Source: Hydrolagus colliei
Lineage: Eukaryota
Assembly (NCBI GenBank): GCA_035084275.1
Contig: CM068746.1
Coordinates: forward strand, 28,458,001 to 28,522,000
Direction: 5' to 3'
Length of the DNA stretch: 64,000 nt
The translations under genes were made by a program, and so were the position numbers. The notes beneath the pieces were generated by a model. The model was not told the origin of the DNA and ran no database searches. It saw nothing but the letters and a program-made list of their open reading frames with translations. Numbering within the stretch: the stretch's first letter is position 1; the number at the start of each line of letters is the position of its first letter. This document shows, piece after piece, positions 55,601 to 64,000 of the stretch.

Positions 55601-58600
55601 GGCTAAGTAACTGTGGAGACACAGATAGATAGAACATGACTAAGAGAAACAACTACAGAGAGTGAGAGAATGTGAGCGAGAGATTAAAAAATGCAGAGAC
55701 AGCGAAAGATAGAGAGTACATGAGGGAAACAGGAGAGATAGAGAGAAAGAACTTGAGAAAGAGAAAGACAGCGAGACAGTGAGAGCAAGAACGGGAGAAA
55801 TATAAAATGGGAGATGGACGTAATGCAACAGAAAAAGAGATAGAGAGATAAAACAGAGAGAGGTAACAAAACAGAAAGACTCAAATAGAGGGAATGTGAA
55901 TGGTTGAAAAACAGTTTGTGAATACTGCAGCTGTAGTGATGGCAGTTCCACTGCTGAATAATCCCCTACCACAGGTCCATTCCTAAAGGTTGCCATCGCA
56001 CCTAGTTAATATTATAGGCTGTCCTGCACGGAAGCAGGCCACTTGGCCCAACCAGTCACCATCTCTCCTATTCCCCCTTCTTTAACCTCTATTCCCCTCT
56101 CCCACACCCCATTTTTCCTGCTACTACAACCCAATATTTCCTACTCCTACACCCCAATTTTCCACTCTCCTACACCCCAATATTCCCATATCTGCCACAC
56201 CAATATTCTCCTATCCAACACCCCTCTATTGTCCCCTCCTCATGCTCTATTTTCCTCTTCTTCAATTATGCTCTGCTACCCCCAATAAGAGGGTCAAAAT
56301 AGCACCAAGAAGCTTTTCTTTACCCAGAGGATAATTAATGGCTGGAAAAGATTATCAGCAAGGCTAAGGCACTGGGGACTCATATAACGAACATGTTAAT
56401 CCTGTAATGGGGTGACAGTGAACAGGGTTCCAGATGGGTAAACCGAAGGATGAACATAAGTTCATCCAGACTTGTTAGTTGAGCAGTCTCAGCTTGTAAC
56501 ATGTTTCCAATACCTCACCTTAAATTGTGTCTCTAGCCTAGTCATTCCTGAAGCTCTAGGGGTGAGCACAGCATTGACGTAGGAATGGAAATTGCTGGCA
56601 GCCACCTCTGTCTCCTTGCTCTGGATCACCTCCACCAAAGCATCGTGAATGAAGATGTATTGTTCCTGGTAGGAAAAGCAGGGACACCTCAGCATTCTCT
56701 CCATGTCCCAAACCTGCCACAAAAACTTCTCAGCACAGATATTTATGGGGCTCACTGGGAGTCTGACATTCATGGAAACCTATCACCATGAACAACTGGG
56801 TGTCTGATACAGACGAGAAATAGACGGTGAGATGTTTGCCATCTAAACATGGATGAAATGGATGCTCCTGTGTTTGAAATGGAATAATCAATCTCTCCCT
56901 AGAGGGATGCATCCTGCTCACACAGGCCCAGAATAATAGCCTGAAATGGGCAAGAGTCAAGGCTTGAGCGTGTGCAACTGCTGGAGATCAGTATGTGTCA
57001 GCTCGACTCGATGTGTGCCAGCCTGATTGGCAGCACTCTCACCTCTGAGTCAGAAGATTGTGATTACAAAATCCACATGGGGACCTGGAGCTTATACAAC
57101 AGAGGCTAACACCCCTGTGCAGTATTGGGGGACAGCGCAGCATTGTCGGAGACACCGTCCTTCGGATGAAATGTTAAACCAAGACCCTGTCTGTTAGTGG
57201 ACATTCAAGTAGTACCATGGGACAGATCCCATGGTACTACTTGAAAAGCTAAGGGAATTTCTCTCTCCAGGTATCCTGACCAAAAATCCCCAGATTAAAA
57301 AGAATCAGTCATTCAACTCTCAGCGGTTTGTGGGACATTGCTATGCAAAATCTGGCTGCTGGGTTTGACCACAAAATAAACAGTCATTCCACATTATAGC
57401 GTAGCCTGTGAAACTCTTTGATGAGGTATTTAGTTATATGAAATGTGAAGATTATTATTTATTAATTGTGCAGCTTCATCTTACCTCAGTCTGCACTAAA
57501 TAGTTCCTCTGGGTTCTGATGTGTTTGAGGAAGCCCAGCACATTGACTGAACCTTTGTGTCTGATCTGCTGTAACATGCTGTCTATGACTATGTACGTGC
57601 CTGTACGCCCAACACCAGCACTGTAAAATACAAAGGACCATCCAGTTATAATACAGTTCCTTCAAGTTAGTGTTGTGCTTTTAACGTCCACCTGGACAGG
57701 CAGATGAGACGATGATTTAATGTCTTATGCAAAGGACATTAAACCAATCTCCCACCTTAACCTTAACAAGTGGATATTAAAGATCATTAAAGATCCCTTC
57801 TATTGGAAAAGAGGAGGAAGATTCTCTCTCCCGGTGTCTGGCTGACAATCCCCCAAATAAGATTGGTCACTGCACTTCAACAGTAAATCCTGTGAAGCGC
57901 TCTTTCCAACATGGTAAGATGGTGTATCAAATACAAAGATTCTCGTGAATTCAAGAGGATTCCCCAGGTGATTGTTGATGTGGGGACAGGGACCAGTCAT
58001 TTTTAAGACTTCAAACTACTTGGTCAATTTTCTTAGGGGGATCGTCACCGACGGTGAGTTTAATAAGTGCGAATGCACACTTTAATATAAAAAAATTAAC
58101 TTTCGGCGGGTGCAACGCCTCTTTAGGCGGGTGCGATGTCTCTTTGGGCTGTCTGCCTGCTCCACCGGGCTGGGGAGAGCTCTGCTTTTCACTATATTTA
58201 ACAAAAGACTTGAGCACAGCACACTCAAATCCTCCCATTTCAATGATTTTTTTGCATTACTTTGGGGGTCTGCAATATAGGGGGGGCCCGTCGGTGCGTT
58301 GCATCGATTGCACCGACGTTAAAAACGCCTCTGGCAGGGACCCACCTGCAGTGCACGACCAGTGGTCCCATCAGGTGACTCTGTGCGGCTGACGACTGCT
58401 GAATGAAGCTGAGGACTGGCAGCGTGTACTGGGGAACACCCATGTCTGGCCACTGAGTGTAGTGATACTGCACCACTGTCCTGTCACTCAGTCTCCCCTT
58501 CAAAGACCCCTGTAACTCACCCAAAGAGAGTGTCACATCCTGGCAACAAGATCACACAAGCACTCAAAAGTTCACGCAAAGTCACACATGATCAGTTTAG

Positions 58601-61600
58601 AACATGAGATTACAACATAATGAGATCATTACCTTGTGGTATTGTGATACTGAGCTATATTACTAAATCAGTTGCTATAATATATTGCAAACCACCCTGT
58701 CATAAAATATATCTGGATGTAGGAGGCCCTTCAGTCTATTGCACTAGAAACTCCCATTCTCAACCGTCTCCTCATCACAGCATCAGGCTGATTTTTAAAT
58801 GAGTCCCACTGTCCTGGTCTCAACCACCCTTCCTAGCAGTTGTTAATTACTAGATGGATCAAGAGAAACATCCCAGTGCGTGTCCTGAAATTGCCTTTTA
58901 CGACTCTAAACTTGTGTTCTCTTGTTCTATTGTCCTGGTGCATCATCCTCTGACTTATCTTTTCTTTAATCGTTGCGCAAAGCTCATTCCTCTAACAACA
59001 AAATTGTGTCTGTAGAGTGCCTATCGCGTCAGGAGGAGTCCCAAGGTGCTGGGGTCTGGAATTTTTAACACTCGGGATCATCCTCGTCACTCTCCTCTGC
59101 ATTGCCTCTATTGCCCTGTTGATCAGAACTATATGAAGTATTTAACGTGAGAACTTACCAGAAACAGCCTGATTATGGGGTCTGAGGATCTAAACTCAAC
59201 TGATTTAGCGATCTAGCTCGGCATCCTGTTGGCCTTGCCTAATGCTGCAAAGTGGACCACTGACCTTCTTCACCCTGGTGTTGTGAATGGAGAAATGCCT
59301 AATGCTGTAATAGGCCATGACCTTGGTGCTCTTCAATGTCACGGCAATGCCACTGTATTCCTCGCTGCCCTCTGATGGCCAGTACTGGTCACATTTTCTC
59401 TGAAGGCAAAAGACAAAGAGATTAAAACAAAATGCTTTCTTGATGTTGTCCAGTGCAGGGCTGGGTGGGGGATGATGGGCATTATCAAGAGGAGACTTCT
59501 CAGAGGGGGACCAAATGGGATTGAAAAAGTAAACCAAGGTCAATACTTTGGGATGTGCATGAGGCCTGCTAAATAATTGTAAGCTATTGTTGTTGCATCG
59601 GGGGGCACTCGATAGTCCAAAGGTTCGATAGTCCGAAGGTTCGATATTTCAAACACACAAATTTCCTATACCCGGGGCGGTTACCGTGGTTACCGCTCAA
59701 TAGTCCGAACCGACAATGAAATAAGGTTTGTTAATCCGAACATTTGGTGCGATAGTCCGAAGGTTCATTAGGCCAAAGATTAGGGTTAGGGTTACGGTTA
59801 GGGGAAGCTTCGGATTAACGAACCTTCGGACTATCGAGCGGTAACCGTTGCATCAAAGTTTACATTCAGGTTCAGGTTATGAACAACAAAATTACACTTG
59901 TATAGAACCTTTCCCGTCAGGAGGACGTCCCAAGGTGCTGAAAAACTCAGGTTTAGAGTTGTAAAAAGCAATTTCAGGACATACACCAGCGAATTTTCCT
60001 AACCCAGGGAGTATTTAAAGGGTTGCCAGGACACCGGGCCTCATTCAAAAAGCAGCTTGATGCTGTCATGGAGATTAGGGTAGGGTGGATGTTATGGATG
60101 AGATTGGATGGCCTGAAGGTTCTTCTTTCTTCAAAACAATTTTGGAAACATTAAACCAAGGTCCTGTCTGTGCCTGTTCAGGTGAACATTAAAGATCACA
60201 CAGCACTATTGGAAAAGGGGAGTTTTTCTCTCCTGATGTCCTGGCTGATCATCCCTCAGATAAAATTGGTTATGGCTGTGTGTGTGGGGAACATTGATGT
60301 GTACAAATTCAATGCTGCGTTTTGCACACAAAATAGTTACTTTAAGGGTAACTGCCAGCGAAGCTGTCAGTGTTTGTTAGTCGACGGCAAGGAATTTTAT
60401 AATTAATGTTGAATATTAAAAACTTACTCTTCCCTTTTCAACCAGGTTGGTGATCATAACTATGACACCCACATTGTGCTCCCAAATCATCCTCCAGAAA
60501 TCGTCAGATGTTGATTTGAGTGGACCTTGAGCTGCTATGTAGGCCTTCTGCCTCTCATAACCCTGTTTCACAGAATAACAAAACTTCAGTCCCTCTGTGC
60601 CATTAGGTAACATGCAGATATCATCCTACAAATTACACGTCAGCTTGGCTCAGTTGGAGCGCTCTTGCCTTGAGTCAGAAATCTGTGGGTTTGAGTCAGA
60701 AGCCCCACATTGAGTTCACAGGGCAGGGCTTGGAGTCGAGGGCCTCATTGTTGGGAGACACCGGATGAGATATTTCCACAGCCTCGTCTGTGACTATCCA
60801 AGTGGACATTAAAGATCCTGTGGCATTATTGGAAAAGAGAATCGAGTTTCACTCCCCCAGGATCATAATCCCTCAAATAAAATTGGTCATTAATTTCATG
60901 GCTATTTGTAGGACATTGCTGTGTACACATTGGTGACTGTTTTCCTATAAAATGCACAGTCACTACACTTTACAGGAAATGCTGTGAAGTGCGTTGAGGC
61001 ATCATGAAAAAGTGCTAAGGTTATAGGACACACAAGGATTATTATTAACTCAGGTTAAAAGATATAAACTCCACCATGGGCTCTGAGTTCCTAGTGGATG
61101 GTGACACTCCAGTGAAGTGCTGGGAGAGCACTGCATTGTCACAGTTATTGATGCACAGTTTGTCAGCCTGGCTCAGTCAGTAATACTCTTCTCCGAGTCA
61201 AAAGGTTGTGGGTTCAAGTTCAAGTTGGGTATTTTAAGCTCTCAGTCTAGGCTAAGCAGTGCAGCCTAGGCAGTGCAGCGCTGGTTGGGGAGTGCTGAAT
61301 CTGTGACTTACGTCTATGTAGTTGGCATTGATGTAGTCACTGTTTTTGGAGTCTTTCTCCAATAGTGGTGCAAGTTTCACCCGGCTGTGATCGACTAAAA
61401 ACAAACACAACACCTTTTTTTTATATCAAAACTGAAACACCAAAAAAGCAAAATTCACAATATTTCATTTATCTACAAGTTCCCTCCGACATAAAATGGA
61501 ATGGTGTTGTGTGTGAATTAGCTGCTTCTTTTGTCTCCAAAATACACTTTACGGAGTATAAACCTCCACATGAGATGTTAAATCATGGTCCTATCTGTGC

Positions 61601-63906
61601 CTGAGCAACAACAATAAAAATTACATTTATAAAGCGCCTTTCACGTCGGGAGGACGTCCCATGATGGATCCATGACTCTATTGGAAAAGAGAAGGGAGTT
61701 TGTTCTCTTCATGGCTGTTCATGATACATTGCTGTGTGTATGCAAATTTGCTGCCGTGTTCATACATTAAACCACACAGTCACTACATGCTACAGCATAC
61801 CCTGTGAAGTGCCTTGAAATGCCTCCTCAGTATGGGAATATTGAGGTGGGGTTTGAGTGACTTACAAGCGACGATATTGATGTAGCGATTCTTGTTTTTG
61901 TTCTCTGGGTGGTTGGAGCAGTCTGATGTGATATCGACATCAACAGTGCATCCCTGCACCTCCTGTGGGAATGAAAAGGAATACAGGTCACAAGGCCAGC
62001 AACGACAACGGCAACTTCCACTTCTATTGCGCCCTTCACACGGGGTAGTGTCTTGAAGCACTGAACAGTGGATAAGATTTAATTCTCCCATTGGACACTG
62101 TTTAGCTGGTGAGGTACCCATCACCTATGCTTCTCCAGTATTGCCAGCGTCAGAAGTTGTGGCAAGTTAAGTTTTTTTATGTGTCCCCATATTTGGTTTA
62201 CAATATCTGGTCACTCCCTCCCACTCCATTGCTCAGCATCTGACCCCGTCCATATGCAGCGTTTCATGATGGCATCCATATTAACCTCCACCCTCACTGA
62301 TGTTACCCTCTGACCCCATACCCATCGCTGATGTTACGCCTCTAACCTCTGATATTCACCTCTGATCCCAGATCCCCTTGAATGTGCGATTCTGCCCAAA
62401 TGTTTTTTTTGGGGCTGGGTGTCCGACCCATCACCATGCTTAAGAATATCCAAACCAAACTGAGAATTCCATGTTTCCTCGCTACACATGGAAATTCTAG
62501 AGATAATTCTTGGATTGGAATGTGCACTTTCTCCCTGGAGGAACACATCCTGCTTACGTAATTCAAGGGAGTGTTAAGCGCAATTTGGTGAAAGTCATGG
62601 TTTAGGGATCCCAGAGTGTGCGTTTCGATAACCACTGGAATCTAACCAGCTAAAATAGCTTGCCGTTGAGAGCACTGCCTGGCAAGTTTTACCAACAACA
62701 ACAACTTGCATTTACATCGCGCCCTCCACACTGGGCAGCATCTCAGAGCAGCTTATCCAGCTAAGGCAACATTAGTCAATCAGGGCTTTGACTTGCGTGG
62801 GTTAATAGGTGCTGAATGGGAAGAATCCCTATCCCCGAGTAACTAGTCTACCCTTCGAAGTTCTGCTGCTGAGGAGATGAGGGGATGGGGTTTGGGGTGG
62901 AGAGATACAGGTGATGGTGGGAGGTGGACAACCAGACAACATGAGGGGAAGCAGTAATAGCTTCCTAATGGCGTCTCTCTCCTCCGTCTTCTGGCTCTGA
63001 CTGGGCCGGCGTACTGCGCTTTTCCTGGGGGAGGGAGAGGGGCCATGTTTTGTGAAAGGACTGGAGGGATTTGGGCAGAAGCAGGACAGACAGCCGGAGT
63101 GGTAGTCACTCTGTGTGTTCGGGCCCACCTCACGCATGAGCACAATGTGCCAGTGTGAGTGCCACTCACCTTTCACTCCTGCATCCTCACTTGAACCCCT
63201 GAACCCTAGTCCTCACCAGCCTTCATTGTCTCCCAGAAGATGCATTTTAAGCTCCTGACCATCACTTTTAATCATTGGGATTCCACCTCTCTGATCTCCT
63301 CCTATCCCATTCCTCTGCTTGCCCTGTCCTCTCGGCTAGCTGGCCACCCCCTCGCCTCTCTGTTCCACAACTAATGTCTTACCCTTCAGAAAGTGCACCC
63401 GAACCTCCCTACCTCCCTCCAGTTAACCTTCCGTCTTACCTCTTCCCTATTAGTCTAGAAATTCCGCCTAAAAATCAACCCCTACTTATGGTCACCTGCC
63501 TTCCATGCTCGCCATTGCTTGGTTCCAACTTGTCCCTGTGCAGCTCTGCGAGACACTACCTACATGTCGTCTGCAGTGTAAACGCACATTGTTGCTGTAT
63601 TAATTTCTCAATCCCACCCTGCCTTCTTCCCACATTCCTTTTCCCTGCTCAATTTAGTACAACAAAGTGAAAAGACTGTGTTAGTGGTGAGACCCCATCA
63701 CTGGTGGAGGGGTGGGTGGGGGGTAATTACATGTTAAGAGGGGTCTGACACGCACACACCCATTCGCTGTAAGCAAGATCAGGAGGCGCGGGAGGAAGAA
63801 TGAGAGACCGGACAGGAAACGGGTGGACAGAGACCTGACTCAACCACATCTACAAGGGCTAAAGAAAACAAGGAGAGAGACTTACCTCGTAGAATGCTTT
63901 GAGTTT
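49601..63906 (-). CDS. PTPRZ1: Receptor-type tyrosine-protein phosphatase zeta, 3' part (wedge, D1, D2, PDZ-binding tail); the gene continues beyond the window
   Basis: 15 exons (minus): 63886-63906, 61866-61962, 61312-61394, 60428-60562, 59265-59399, 58346-58509, 57485-57620, 56519-56665, 55517-55610, 55041-55114, 54423-54551, 53362-53505, 51257-51399, 50214-50349, 49601-49744. Motifs are [46 protein letters not shown] (active D1), VVHDEHGGVTAG (inactive D2) and the ending ESMESLV*. Synteny with AASS favours PTPRZ1 over PTPRG. Confidence 0.95.
49835..50185 (+). repeat. Degenerate 5-mer repeat (CCCAA/CCCAG) in the last PTPRZ1 intron
   Basis: Visible 5-bp periodicity. Confidence 0.75.
51476..51862. 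mobile_element. hAT (Charlie-like) MITE
   Basis: TAGTGGTTCCCAACC ... GGTTGGGAACCAATG ends, perfect 8-bp TSD AGGTAGAA (51468-51475 and 51863-51870) and GGGTCGC subterminal repeats. Confidence 0.9.
52352..52570. mobile_element. Tc1/mariner (Tigger-like) MITE
   Basis: TA|CATAAAAGGCCGTTTATCTGGCA ... TGCCGGATAAACAAGCTTTTACTG|TA imperfect TIRs with TA flanks. Confidence 0.65.
53640..53937 (-). mobile_element. tRNA-derived SINE, same family as 2738-3042
   Basis: Same head, body and tail, with a (TAA)n end at 53640. Confidence 0.8.
57000..57462 (+). mobile_element. Second SINE family (DeuSINE-like)
   Basis: CAGCCTG...CTCTGAGTCAGAAG(A/G)TTGTG head, TTCGGATGAAATGTTAAACCAAG core and L2-like tail. Other copies lie at ~20100-20420 (-), 25140-25560, 27360-27780, 29500-29900 (-), 35185-35595, 47050-47250 and 60640-61045. 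Confidence 0.75.
57994..58333. mobile_element. hAT-like non-autonomous element
   Basis: CAG..TTTTTAA imperfect TIRs, 8-bp TSD ACAGGGAC/GCAGGGAC and a CpG-rich interior. Confidence 0.6.
59599..59847. mobile_element. Unclassified non-autonomous DNA element with 16-bp subterminal repeats and (GGTTAG)n
   Basis: GGTTCGATAGTCCGAA repeats on the left, inverted copies on the right, and a TTGCAT duplication at both flanks. Confidence 0.65.
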
Positions 63907-64000
63907 CTTATGAAGGGGAGGGAATGTAAAAAGCACAGCAATCAAACTCCACAGCAGACAGTGAACACGGTGTCTCAATGAAAATTAACAGTCATGCAAC

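Overview
Vertebrate genomic DNA, probably a cartilaginous fish. That is inferred from the repeat inventory (Deu-domain/tRNA-derived SINEs, L2, CR1) and not proven. It holds the conserved FEZF1 -> AASS -> <- PTPRZ1 block. FEZF1 (+) has 4 exons at 4339-8506. AASS (+) is complete, with 23 coding exons at 20912-46243 and 931 aa. The last 15 exons of PTPRZ1 (-) lie at 49601-63906 and include the 21-nt wedge micro-exon, D1, D2 and the C-terminal ESLV. Introns and intergenic DNA are dense with SINEs, 5'-truncated L2/CR1 copies, hAT- and Tc1-type MITEs, minisatellites and long G/C runs. The most notable points are four mutually compensating frameshifts and a GC donor in FEZF1 exon 1, a 2.6-kb TIR element carrying RTE and SINE cargo inside a CR1, a ~750-bp foldback with a 50-bp hAT MITE, retroposon tails abutting AASS splice acceptors, CTCF-like motifs, and a pre-miRNA-sized hairpin in FEZF1 intron 3. 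I found no convincing wholly new biological system. Most ORFs in the supplied track are low-complexity or repeat artefacts.
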